Shown here in pieces: positions 19,167 to 29,907 of a stretch of 64,000 nt of DNA. Within the stretch, counting starts at the first letter, position 1; every line of letters begins with the position of its first letter. The stretch spans positions 1,056,001 to 1,120,000 of the forward strand of contig CM000434.1 in NCBI GenBank assembly GCA_000165345.1, read 5' to 3'. The translations under genes and the position numbers were made by a program. The notes beneath the pieces are model-generated. The model was not told the DNA's origin. It saw nothing but the letters and a program-made list of their open reading frames with translations, and did not search any database.

Positions 19167-21279
19167 ATGTCTCAGAGTTCAACACTTTGGAACCAATCCT
19201 ACTCTAGGGAGTTAATAATGGATCATTCGGAAGGGATTGATTGGATTAGTGGCGATGGTTGCCTGGAGAATATTAAAGATTCACATTTTGTGGATTATAG
19301 TGATCCAAATCAAGTTAATATGGAAGATCCTTTAGGAAATAACTTTTATGATTGTACTGATCTTGATGATAGCTTCCATAATTACTTGATGAAGGGTTTA
19401 CTGGGTGAGAATGTTGAAGGTGGCTCAGGCTCTAATAATTTGAATGATGTTTCCTCCGTGAACAGCATCAGAGGTCAAAGTAATGTTGGCGTTACTATTA
19501 GTCACAACAATGATGCCATTTGCCACAACATTGACCACAGAATTGATAGCGTTGGTATTGGAGTGGGATCTCTTGGGGGGGAAGTTGGAGGAGCTTTAGG
19601 GGTGGGTTTAGGAGGAGTGGGAGGAGGAATAGAGATAGGTTTGGGAGTACAAGTAGGAGAGGTGAGAAATCAAGGGGAGAAGGAGTTTGAGAACATAAGC
19701 TGCAGTTACACGGGGAACTCACATTCCCATCAATTGGAGCCACCAAATGAAGATCTCGTAGAAGATCAGAGTAACTGTTACAGGATATCAGCAACTTCAA
19801 ACAATTTGGGTATTTCCAGTAATCATGGACTGTTATTGGGGGCATCTTCCTCTAGCAAAGTCTTGGGAGCTACGCCATCAGCTCAAATATCATCTTCTTT
19901 GTCATCCTCTTCATCATCATCCTCTTCTTCGTTAGCTTCATCTTCATCGTCATCATCTTCATCACCATCATTAACATTGAATTCAGGGCTTCCACCAATA
20001 TCACTACCACCACGAGCTATACCTCCTATAAACTTATCTCAGAGTTTGATGACTCCCACTACATCTGCATCCTCATCATCAGTTAGCCCAATTTCCTTTT
20101 CTCCAAATTCAATGCAATCAGGCCAAAAGCTGATGGGATTTGATCATTCATTCCCAATGGAAAATACACAAAAGAGAGTTCGAATAGAGCCGGAAGAAAG
20201 GATTAGAATGGGTATTTTCGACGATAGTTTAGTGGAATCTGATGTCAAGTTTGCAGATCACCAGATTGTTGAGTTGGATTCAAGTAAAGGAAGAAGGTGG
20301 AGTAACAATTCAACAACTTCAACAATTTCTTCAAACTTTTCAATAAATACAAGTGATGGCGGATGTGTTAGCCATATTAATGATAGCGTAAACAATGAGA
20401 ATCTTGGATTAATGAGCCATGATTTTCAGCAAGACAAGTTTTGTAATACAGAAGATTTAGGATCCCAGAAGCCGAAAATGGCGGACCAAAGCTATGAAAT
20501 GGGAGTAATTGAAGACGAGAACTATTCAATGGGAGGCCAAATGGAGGGGGAATTTTTTATGAACTCGGATAACTACTTAACTGAAGAGGAAAAGCTCAAG
20601 TTAAGGAGGCGAGGAAGGAGGAGAAGACCAGGTAAGTTAAATATTTCTAAACAATTAACAAAGGATCTGACTCTTTATTGTTTTAAATAGGCGAAATAGA
20701 AGCTTGGAAGACTATAATACCTAGAACTACTGTGGATGAAGCTGAGCACTTTGTACAGACAAGTCAATATAGAATGAGACATGTATATAGAGATCCAAGA
20801 GCTGTGAGCTTCGTTTATAGGTAAGTTAAAGATTATGAAAATCATTCAGTATAAGGAGTTTTTTTCTCATTTGGAATCAATTATTTATAGATGTGTACAA
20901 CATGTGGATTGCCAGTATGAGATGAGGATTTACTTAATATCTCACGAAACTTGTTACGTTCAACACAGAGGTTACCATACAGAGGAGAAACAAAAGTACA
21001 AGAGGCCAGGTAAGTTAATTGTTGAAGAGAGGATTTTTCTTAAATCCTTTCTTTTTTTAATTTAGTGTGGATTTGAGTAATTATCTTTTAGGACTCCCTC
21101 AACACACTTTACCGCTCATTGATGAGCTAATAAGAAAAGGCCTTCCTCCAAAGTCAGTAATTGACCATGCAATTCAAATATATCCAGAGGTAGCCGACCA
21201 ATCAAATATTTCAGTACTTTATAGGCAGATTACGAATAGACAACAATATATTAGAAAACGCCAGAGAAATTATGTTTGA
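19167..21279 (+). CDS. Ser/Gly-rich low-complexity protein with a conserved C-terminal Cys/His domain. Four exons, about 620 aa.
   Basis: Exon 1 is 19167-20631 (ATG verified), ending ...RRRGRRRRP then the first base of a Gly codon. Three introns follow, all starting GTAAGTTA: 20632-20690, 20821-20890 and 21010-21091. Exon 2 is 20691-20820, exon 3 is 20891-21009 and exon 4 is 21092-21279. The phases 1/2/1 close the frame. The spliced C-terminus reads GEIEAWKTIIPRTTVDEAEHFVQTSQYRMRHVYRDPRAVSFVYRCVQHVDCQYEMRIYLISHETCYVQHRGYHTEEKQKYKRPGGLPQHTLPLIDELIRKGLPPKSVIDHAIQIYPEVADQSNISVLYRQITNRQQYIRKRQRNYV*. The track ORFs 20835-21065 and 21067-21279 are intron read-throughs or fragments of this gene. Exon 1 contains (TCN)n poly-Ser and (GGN)n Gly tracts. 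Confidence 0.5.
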
Positions 21280-21316
21280 TGGAATTTAATAAAATTTCTG
21301 GCAAAACTTTTTTTAA

Positions 21317-21355
21317 TACCGGTAGAAAGATTGCATGCAGAAAGTTTGCATGCAA
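21317..21355. promoter_or_regulatory. TACCGGTA + two TTGCATGCA copies
   Basis: taccggta is at 21317-21324. ttgcatgca is at 21331-21339. tttgcatgcaa is at 21345-21355. The module lies between the gene 7 stop (21279) and the gene 8 region. Confidence 0.45.
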
Positions 21356-21759
21356 TAAATTTGAATTATTATCCACATAGAATATAATCACTTTTAGTTT
21401 AGAATAAGCTAAGTATTTTGTAATTTCAAAATAGATCTGACTCTTTGATATTATTGATGATGAAGTTAAAGAGATAAGGGGAATAGTAATGAAAATGGGT
21501 AAATCTGAAAAAAATAAGAAAAGAAAAAGAATAAATAATGAAATTTTCAATAAAATAAATTAGATTTATTTTTCCATCTTAAAGAATTTTTTTTTTGTTT
21601 CTGCAGATAGTTAACAGGAAATTAGTCATGCAGTTGTTTTGGCGCGCAAATTCCTCACAAATAATTTAGTGGAAGGGTAATAAAGATAATAATAAATAAA
21701 AAGTGGAAATAAAAATAAAGGTGGTAGGAAAGGGAGAGAAGAGATTTAAGTAAATTTAC

Positions 21760-24745
21760 ATGGGAATTTTTGGTTTAAAGACGTATGGGTCTGTTTTGGG
21801 TCCAAGAGGAGTGACCCTCAAGGGTTTGGTGGTTTACCTATTAGTAGCATTGGCATTAATGGGAGAGCGAGTCAGGGTAAGTTGAGTTTTTACCATTCAC
21901 ATTTGTTTCCCTCTTCCATTAATAGAGGTTGGGAAAGGTCTGGTGTGAAATTGGAGTAATAATTATTCTTGATTAACTTTTATTTCATAACTTTTTCTTA
22001 ATTAACTATCTAATGAATAATTAGTCAGAGAATATTCACGTTTTTTCCTTCGAGGATGATGAGCATGAGGCTGGAAACCAATACGTCTTTGATAACTTGA
22101 CAAACTCAAATTCAGAACATGAGTTGAACTCCCCCTTTGGAATAGTTCCTTCAAATGAACATCATACCGGCATTGATGCGCATGTGGACAATTCTGATGA
22201 ACACATTTTACAGAAATCCGAGCATAGGAGTTTGTCTGGTCTGGGTGAGGTCGGTAGTTCTAAAAAAGTTTTTGGAGAAGGGGCTACTAGAAGGGAGGTT
22301 GGAGATGAAGTGGAAAGCATCTATAGTGAAGAAGACGGGGGAATATATATGGATACGGAGCAGGATGAGGAAATTGGGGATATAGAGAGTTTTTTAAGCT
22401 TTGATAGTGAATTTGAGAAAAATGAGATGGAAGAGGGGATTATTGGCAATGCTGCTGATAAAGTGAACAAAGTAGCAGTTGGTTTAGATACTGCTCGGGA
22501 AGGTCAGACCGAAGACAAGCAAGAGATAGTACGTAGTACGGAAGAAGTGAGTAAAGGAAAGGCTGATATAAAAGTTAAAAAGAGGACAGGAGAGGAAACC
22601 AAAAAGGAAACTGAGGCAAAAGGAGATGCAGAAGTTGGGATTGAGGGGAAGGAGCACCACCACGTGGCTCGGGAAGCTGTTCAGCAAAAAGGTGAGGCTA
22701 AAGTAATGGGTGAGAAGAAGTCTCAGGAGAAATCCAAAGCGTCTGGGGTTAGTTCTTTGGGGAGATCGAAAAGAAAAAGTGAAGGAGAAAGTGAAGATGG
22801 CGAGGCAACAACAAATAGTAATAGTAGTGAAGAGAAGAAAAAGCCAGAAAGCGGAGTTATTGAGGACTCAGATACCTTATCTGACAAAGTTAAGATAAAG
22901 ACGGAAAATGTTCATATGAAGAAGCATATTAAAACAATTCAAACTCCTGGACAGGAACCTAAGGAGGGGAACCAAACCCAAAATACTCCATATGTTTCAG
23001 TTAGTGCAAATGACTCAGCTAATGCTAATAATTCGGTTAGTGCTAATATTAACGGTTCTATTTCTTCAGTAGTTCCAATTATGAAAGCTGAGGCAGATTT
23101 TTATACAAAAAATACCAATGAAACTTTAAATATAGGAGTTGAAAGTTCTGGGAAGGTTGCTGACGTTCCTAGCGAAGCAACAGCCTTAGGAGAGGGATAC
23201 GTAGGTTCTGGAAAGAATATCACAACAGAAGCAACGAGACAGGGGCCAAGCACTAATATCAAGCAAAAGTCACTAAAGAAAGCAGCGTCTTCAAGCAGAG
23301 ATAAAAGCAAAAGAAAATCAAGCAGGACGGATGATTCTGCTCTAAAAAAGGTTTCTAGAGAATCAAATAAAGGGGAGGGCCTGGAATCTCCTAAATCTGC
23401 TCGTCTAGGATCTAGTAGAGGAGATAATCCCAAGACGACTAAACATAAAAAGCATAAACAATACAAAGATTTGAAATTTAATTCAAAAGAAATAGAAGAT
23501 TCTGAAGCACGTTTCAAAGACAGGTACCGATGTTTGAATGTAAATACAAATATTTTTGAGTCCCTAAGAGTTTTAGATCCTTCTTCTAACCAGACTTGCC
23601 TAACAAATTCAGAGTTTGATGGTTTGAATGTCACGAGAGGTCTCACAGAAGATGATAAAGAACAGAGAAAGGAGTCTAAGCAGAGATTGGGGCCTTTAAA
23701 GAAGATGGAAACAGAAAAGAAAAATTGCTCTTTTTATTCTATTTGGCAGGAATTTACCGATCAAGTGAATAATATGTGTACTCAATTAGAACATAAAGTC
23801 GATTCCAGTTCAAAAAAACCATTAATTGCGGATCTACAGACATCCATTGCCAACATAACCAGTAACTTAAACAATACTGCTACTACTTCTACTACAACGG
23901 TAGCGTTTAATATTACAGAAATTACGACTGAAAATATATCTGGGATAAGAGAAAAGAAAGAAATCAACTCCTCTTCAACTGAAGAGAAGCCAAAAATATT
24001 GAATCTTGCTGGTACTGAAAGAATGGTGGAAGTTCCACAAAATTATTCTAATCCAATAAAGTCAGATGGTGCAAAAAGTGAGAGGAGTAAGATGAATTCC
24101 AAAAGTAAAGTAAGCTGGACAAGAATTCTTCAGAAGATTAGAATATTGAATATTCCTGATATTTATATTCAAGCTACTGCTAAAAAGATACTCAAGTTCA
24201 ATATATATATTTACAGGATATATACGGATAAATACAAGAGAAAAATAATTAAAAGAGTACAGGGAATTCTGAGAAATTTAAAAATAGTAAATAAGTCTCA
24301 AATGATCAAAGATAGGCACTTTTTGGGAGCTTACACGATCTTTGGATCACTATTAACTGCATTATTACTCCTATCTATTGCAACATTTCACGGAAGACAA
24401 TATGCTGAGAAATCTGAAGATATACTGGTTGAGGCAGAAACTATTAAAAAGCTTGGATTTGTGGGAGGTAAAATTAAGATGATAAGCAGCCATCTATCAA
24501 ATTCAGATACAGGAATTGAAAGAGTGGTATTCTCTGATGATCCAAGCTCTATCTGTCAAATGATCTTGAAAAGTAAATCAATTGTAGCCCAGAATCCCAG
24601 TAATATTGATTATACTGAAGAGATAACCGATTCTAAAGACTTAAATTCTATTTTGAACTTAACTACTAGATTGGAAGAGAATAATGAGATTTTACTCCAT
24701 CTCTCAAATGGATTAGCTAAATGTGCTCAGTCTCTTACAATATAA
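21760..24745 (+). CDS. Highly charged (K/E/S-rich) single-pass membrane glycoprotein. Three-exon model; the core ORF 22025-24745 is certain, the two small 5' exons are tentative.
   Basis: The track ORF at 22097 starts on TTG. The frame is open upstream to a TAG at 22022-22024 with no ATG, and the first in-frame ATG is 84 codons in, so an upstream exon is needed. A small spliced ORF supplies it. Exon 1 is 21760-21876 (ATG; MGIFGLKTYGSVLGPRGVTLKGLVVYLLVALALMGERVR, hydrophobic, signal or anchor-like). Intron 1 is 21877-21925 (GTAAGTTG...ATTAATAG, good pyrimidine tract). Exon 2 is 21926-21955 (RLGKVWCEIG). Intron 2 is 21956-22024 (GTAATA...AATTAG, weaker). Exon 3 runs 22025-24745 in the same frame as the track ORF. 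The body is acidic/basic low complexity with many NxS/T sites (NITSNLNNTATTSTTTVAFNITEITTENISG). A transmembrane segment LGAYTIFGSLLTALLLLSIATF lies about 120 aa from the C-terminus. Confidence 0.4.
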
Positions 24746-24960
24746 AAATATTGGTTACTTTTCAAGATTGATTGAAACCTAAATATAGATAAGAATTAAG
24801 ACGACTCTATGGAAAATAAATTTATATATAGTATAGTAGAAAGTAGAAAATAAAGAGGTATGTATCATTTAGAGTAAATATATATATAAGTTAGAGGCCC
24901 TACAAGGATTGATTCTAATATGTTTCGTTTAGAATTGACAAGTTAGTAGTTCCCAATTAG

Positions 24961-25932
24961 CTATAGTTGATGATATACTCCACTATTATTATAGGGAGAA
25001 AGATTCTGGTGGCCATGATAAGTATTTCTATCATTAATATTTTGATGGCTATAAATTGGAATTTGCCCCATTTCAAGATCATCTACTTCAGGGCACCTAA
25101 CTGGCCACCTTACACCATCTCCAACAGGCCTTGATGACTTAGTGTTGAATGGACAAAACCATTGCATAGGATTATGCCCAAATGCTTGTTGTATATTTCT
25201 CTCAGGCCCTAGATCATATCTCCCATATTCAGGACTTTGAGGGCTTAAGCTTTCAATAGTGGTTAAATTTCGAACAATAAAGCCAATATGTAGTCTTGAG
25301 AAGGGGAATAATGCAAGTAATAGTGGTGTAACAAAAACTAACATAACAATAATAGATGTAAGCTTTATGGCTTCAATAGATCTTCCAAGCGGAGTTGGAT
25401 CAGTACCATGATTATATGGCCATAAAGTAATATATTGCTCAACTAGAAACATTGTACCTTGAACAAATAAAAACAAAAGAGAAAGTTGAGCATATATTAA
25501 AAGTTGAATAAAGAACTTCCGATTATAGAATCCAACACAATTATTGATCCATGGACAATGGTGATCCATATTCAAAACACATTTTCCACATTCTGAGCAA
25601 TGATGGGTTCTATCAGGTTTCCAAACCTGACAGACTTTGCAATATCTTCTTCTTTTGGATTCATCTCCAACTCTAAATCCCCATTTTGCTGGAACTCTTC
25701 CTGGCTCTGTATTTGTGCATTGGTAGAAAGATATCAAAAACAAAGCAAAAACAAGATGGAATGCTGCTGATACTGATGCTCCTATATAGTAAATCTCAAA
25801 CAATGGCTGTAATAGAATCACAAAATAACAAGCATACAGCAAAGCAATCATAGTCATAATGAATAGCAGAAAACACGCACCATTTTTGCGTTTTCTAGCT
25901 GAATAGCTTGCCGGCAAACCTCCAGAATTCAT
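24961..25932 (-). CDS. DHHC-type protein S-acyltransferase (palmitoyltransferase), 323 aa
   Basis: True ATG (cat at 25930-25932). It has four transmembrane segments and a canonical DHHC-CRD: CKVCQVWKPDRTHHCSECGKCVLNMDHHCPWINNCVGFYNRKFF. Confidence 0.85.
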   Translation of the reverse strand: MNSGGLPASYSARKRKNGACFLLFIMTMIALLYACYFVILLQPLFEIYYIGASVSAAFHLVFALFLISFYQCTNTEPGRVPAKWGFRVGDESKRRRYCKVCQVWKPDRTHHCSECGKCVLNMDHHCPWINNCVGFYNRKFFIQLLIYAQLSLLFLFVQGTMFLVEQYITLWPYNHGTDPTPLGRSIEAIKLTSIIVMLVFVTPLLLALFPFSRLHIGFIVRNLTTIESLSPQSPEYGRYDLGPERNIQQAFGHNPMQWFCPFNTKSSRPVGDGVRWPVRCPEVDDLEMGQIPIYSHQNINDRNTYHGHQNLSPYNNSGVYHQL

Positions 25933-26732
25933 CAGAGTGAGTATTGGCTAACTATTTATTATTTACCTGCTATACTAATATTATTAATTTCATAAGCTTT
26001 GTAACTCGCTAGTTTTGTTTGTGCTCTTCCACCTGAACTTTATGCGGAGAATTTGTAGTCCGGAATATTAAATTCAGAATATTCCAAAATTATCCTGCAT
26101 TAGAACCGCTTCCTTTAGTTTCTTTTTCTTTTCTTCTCTATTGCGACTTTTTTTGATCCTCACATTCAGCATGTAACCCCACCCTACAGCTGTGGCGCCA
26201 CACGCTGTTTTGTCTTTGGCGCCTATATGGTTACAAATTGTGTGATTGAATTAGGAGTAATAGAATTAAATAGGGTAATAAAGAAAAGAAGGGGAGAAGT
26301 ATTCTCAGTAAGAGAACGCAGAAAAAGTATATGTGAATACATATCAGCACTGTAAGGAAGGAATAGATTAAGGGATTAAATATAAAGCTTAGCAGTCGCA
26401 TATCCTACAGTGACTATTGTTTCTGTTGTTGGTATATTTTTCACTATTTGAATACCAATTCTTTTTTTTTTTTGTGCAAGAGACATTTAAATAAAAATAG
26501 CATTAGTAGCTTTGTAATGCTAATATTAGTATTCAATTTCTCAGAGCTGAAATTGATCGAGAGGGGGGAGAGGAGTTAAATGTTTTAGACAAATTACGAA
26601 TAGAAAGATTCTGGAAAATATTTACTCAAAGGATAATTAAATTAATAATTTTTTTTGAAATTTAAATTTATAATTCATAATTTGGCAATTACGTGTAATT
26701 TTTTTGTCAGATTTTGAATTACGTGTCAATTA

Positions 26733-26753
26733 CATGCATTGCATGCGCCGGTG
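26733..26753. promoter_or_regulatory. CATGCATTGCATGCGCCGGTG module in the divergent DHHC/USP5 promoter region
   Basis: It lies 120 bp upstream of the USP5 ATG. Two GGCGCC copies (tgtggcgccac...tttggcgcct) lie around 26200-26235 in the same spacer. Confidence 0.45.
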
Positions 26754-26873
26754 TACACAAAAGAACCCCACACTTGCAGATATTTAAATCACTTAATTAA
26801 ATTTGGGTGAATTTTTTAATTTATTAATTTTTTTTTCTTCGTCCTAAAAGTCTTTTTTAGGGGAAAAAAAAGA

Positions 26874-29639
26874 ATGAATGAACTTTTTGAGGAGTATTTA
26901 AAGCTTATTGGAAGTAAGATAGAAAGAAAGGATCCGGTTTACAAAGCACAATGTCAATTGTCATTTAAGGATTCTTTCTCTGAAGGGGGGCTCTACGTTA
27001 ATTTGAAGAATTTTGAAGCATATAGTAGGGATTTTCTTGAATGGGATTATAGTCAGAGTGGCTGTAGGCTTTATTTGAGTATTAAAGGCACTAGAAAATA
27101 TCACCCAGAAAATATTGATAATCCCACAAATTTGTCAATAGGCAAAGAGGGAGGATACTTTCCAGAGAAGCCATTTTTTGAGGACTTATTCCAATACGGT
27201 TTGGTATCTTTTCCAGATATGGAAGTAATGGAATTGACGGATAGCCGGGTTCATAAAGAACTTTCTGAAAGGCTTAATTATATAATCCAATACGACCAGA
27301 ACATGGAATTAAGCAAAGATACGGACTCTTTGGTTGCCTGGGCTGAAGAAAGAAAAGTTTCAAGGCATGCTGAGAATCTTTTTCAGGTATCTTCTCCTAA
27401 GCAAATTTCTCCTAAAGGTTGGACATGTGAGACTTGTGGAGCAAGTACAAATTTATGGTTAAATTTATCAGATGGATTTATTGGATGTGGAAGAAGGTTA
27501 TACGGAGTTGGAGGTGGTTGCTTTGATGGAAAGGATGAAGGAGCGGCTTTACTTCACTATCAACAACATACAGAAAGACCTTTGGCAGTTAAGTTGGGAA
27601 CAATAACTCAGTTTGGAAATGCGGATGTGTTTTCCTACGATCCACAAGAGGATGATTTGGTTCTGGATCCTCATCTAGTAAAACATCTTTCAGTATTTGG
27701 AATAAATGTTGGGCAACTTGAAAAGACTGAAAAAAGTTTAACAGAAATGCAAATTGAGCAGAATAACAAGTTAGATTTGACAAGTGGAACAGAATCTGAA
27801 GAATGTGGTAGTTTTTTACCAATGAATAAACTATTTAAAAAAGGTGATTTACTAACAGCTCTTGTAGGACTTGAGAACTCTGGTAACTCTTGTTATGTTA
27901 ACGTAGTTTTGCAACTTCTTGCATCTATTCCAGAAGTAGGAGAGCTTTTTTCAATCCATTTTCAAGATTTACTGGAAATTTACTCCAAATATTTTATTCA
28001 AAAAACAAGGCCAAGAGAAAGTATTGTAATTCAGTTTTCTAAAGTAATTAAGGCTTTACTTACAAATGATGTAATTAATGATCGTAATTATAAGATTTCA
28101 TCTCGTTCTAAAGATATTCAAAAAGCTATTTCTGAGCTTAAAGAGAAAGGTATTAATGAAAATATCATTGAATCTTTAACAGAAAGTGAAGTCAATCCTT
28201 GTTTAGTGCATATTCTTCCTTCAATACTAAAAAGAACTATTTCTAAAGGTAATCCTGAGTTTTCTTCATCCCACCAGCAAGATACTCTTGAATATTTTAC
28301 CTTCCTTCAAGAAAAGCTATCTGATGATCTTAAAAAGTATTACAATCATTCTTCACAGGAAATTCAGAAGTTAATTCAACAATTTATTAATCTTTTCAGT
28401 TTCTTCATTGGAGAAAGACTTGAATGTAAACAAACAGGATCTGTAAAGCTTACTTCTCAGTTAAATAATGTATTATCACTACCAATACCTAAGGATTTAA
28501 TTACTTATAGTTCAGACACTAGGCAAACCAAAAAGCCAAAACATGCCTTTGGTGAGGATGGTGAAGATTTAGCTACTCCTAAATCTAATCATCTTAAAGA
28601 ACAAGATATGAATGATGATCACGAATGTTTTAGCGATATTTCCCTCTTACTTTCCAATTGGAGGCAAGAAGAGATAGTAGAAAGTTTTCTCTCTCCTTGT
28701 ACAAATCAATTGGGTAAGGCTGGAAAATCAAATTTTATTAAATCTATGCCAAAATACCTCATTATACATATGCAAAGATTCTATTTATCAGAAGATTGGA
28801 GACCTAAGAAAATTAACTTAAGTGTTAAAGTCCCAAATTTCTTAGATTTAGAATCTTTAAGAGATTCTGAAGAGCTAAAACCTGGTGAAAAGCCTTTCCC
28901 TGAAGGAGTAGATGAAGTTAATAAATCTTTAAAAGAAGAAGTCCAGGTTCCAGAATCTCTGGTGAATTCTGTTTTGGATTTGGGATTCACCAAATCACAT
29001 GCTGAACTGGCTGTTAAGAATACTTTCTCAACAGATATAGATATATGTATTAATTGGATACTGACAAATATTGACTCAATCAATTCTATGGATTTGACTT
29101 CATCCGATTCATCATCATCATCTTCTTCCTCATCTGCTTCAAATACTTCCAAAACCAATAATTCAGCATCTCACCAGGATCTAGAAGCTATTGAGAATAT
29201 TATTTCAATATGTTGTTGTTCAAGAGATATTGCAGAGAAAGCATTCAAAATTTCAAATCAAAACTTAGAGAGAGCTATACAAATGATTTTTGATGATCCT
29301 TCAATTATTGAAAGTTTTGAAGATACACAATTACAACAACAAGTATCAGTTGGGCCAGATCTTTCTTCAAAACTCATAGAACTTGATGATGGACCAGGAA
29401 AATATGAATTAATTGGAGTTATTTGCCATCTAGGAAAAAGTGTTCATAGCGGACACTACATATGTTATAATAAAAGAAAGATTGATTCCTCTATTAATCC
29501 ATCTAACCAGCCAACTGAATCGTCCTGTTCTTCCTCTATATGGGTAAGATTTAATGATACAAAAGTTTATTTAAGTAAAGAGGATGATTTTCCCCATAAG
29601 GAAAAAGGGTATATCTATCTATATCGCAGAACTAACTAA
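26874..29639 (+). CDS. USP5: Ubiquitin carboxyl-terminal hydrolase 5/13-type deubiquitinase (isopeptidase T / Ubp14-like), 921 aa
   Basis: ATG at 26874. Domain order matches USP5: ZnF-UBP (WTCETCGASTNLWLNLSDGFIGCGRRLYGVGGGCFDGKDEGAALLHYQQH), USP Cys box (GLENSGNSCYVNVVLQLL), two UBA-like helices (ESLVNSVLDLGFTKSHAELAVKNT..., LEAIENIISICCCSRDIAEKAFKISNQNLERAIQMIFDD) and His box (YELIGVICHLGKSVHSGHYICY). A poly-Ser tract (SSDSSSSSSSSSASNTS) is inserted. Confidence 0.85.
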   Translation: MNELFEEYLKLIGSKIERKDPVYKAQCQLSFKDSFSEGGLYVNLKNFEAYSRDFLEWDYSQSGCRLYLSIKGTRKYHPENIDNPTNLSIGKEGGYFPEKPFFEDLFQYGLVSFPDMEVMELTDSRVHKELSERLNYIIQYDQNMELSKDTDSLVAWAEERKVSRHAENLFQVSSPKQISPKGWTCETCGASTNLWLNLSDGFIGCGRRLYGVGGGCFDGKDEGAALLHYQQHTERPLAVKLGTITQFGNADVFSYDPQEDDLVLDPHLVKHLSVFGINVGQLEKTEKSLTEMQIEQNNKLDLTSGTESEECGSFLPMNKLFKKGDLLTALVGLENSGNSCYVNVVLQLLASIPEVGELFSIHFQDLLEIYSKYFIQKTRPRESIVIQFSKVIKALLTNDVINDRNYKISSRSKDIQKAISELKEKGINENIIESLTESEVNPCLVHILPSILKRTISKGNPEFSSSHQQDTLEYFTFLQEKLSDDLKKYYNHSSQEIQKLIQQFINLFSFFIGERLECKQTGSVKLTSQLNNVLSLPIPKDLITYSSDTRQTKKPKHAFGEDGEDLATPKSNHLKEQDMNDDHECFSDISLLLSNWRQEEIVESFLSPCTNQLGKAGKSNFIKSMPKYLIIHMQRFYLSEDWRPKKINLSVKVPNFLDLESLRDSEELKPGEKPFPEGVDEVNKSLKEEVQVPESLVNSVLDLGFTKSHAELAVKNTFSTDIDICINWILTNIDSINSMDLTSSDSSSSSSSSSASNTSKTNNSASHQDLEAIENIISICCCSRDIAEKAFKISNQNLERAIQMIFDDPSIIESFEDTQLQQQVSVGPDLSSKLIELDDGPGKYELIGVICHLGKSVHSGHYICYNKRKIDSSINPSNQPTESSCSSSIWVRFNDTKVYLSKEDDFPHKEKGYIYLYRRTN

Positions 29640-29842
29640 GCTAAATTACCGACTAAAAATTATCTTAATAACAATAAATATGGCGATACCTATAAATATA
29701 GTAAAAAAGGTAACTCATTATGCATCATTAATAATACATAAAATAGGCAAGCGATTTAGCTAAAACCGTTGTAAACAAAATTTTAAGTTTTATTAGGAGT
29801 AGAAAGCCTTATTATAACTAATTTCTAATTCATCCTCTTCCT

Positions 29843-29855
29843 CCCCCCCCCCCCC
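29843..29855. repeat. C13 homopolymer
   Basis: ctccccccccccccc aaaat, in the 268-bp spacer between the convergent USP5 and myosin stop codons. Confidence 0.8.
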
Positions 29856-29907
29856 AAAATCTTCTATATTTTTATTGAGATAAGTACCTGTTCTAAAGTC
29901 CACATTC

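Noticed and set aside
21067-21091. Track ORF start VDLSNYLL... as the beginning of the last exon of gene 7
   Set aside because: With the GTAAGTTA donor at 21010 the phase only closes with the TCTTTTAG acceptor at 21091. 21067-21091 is intronic and the GTG start is an artefact.
23101-23646. 181-aa minus-strand ORF
   Set aside because: It is antisense to the charged glycoprotein gene and comes from a purine-rich sense strand.
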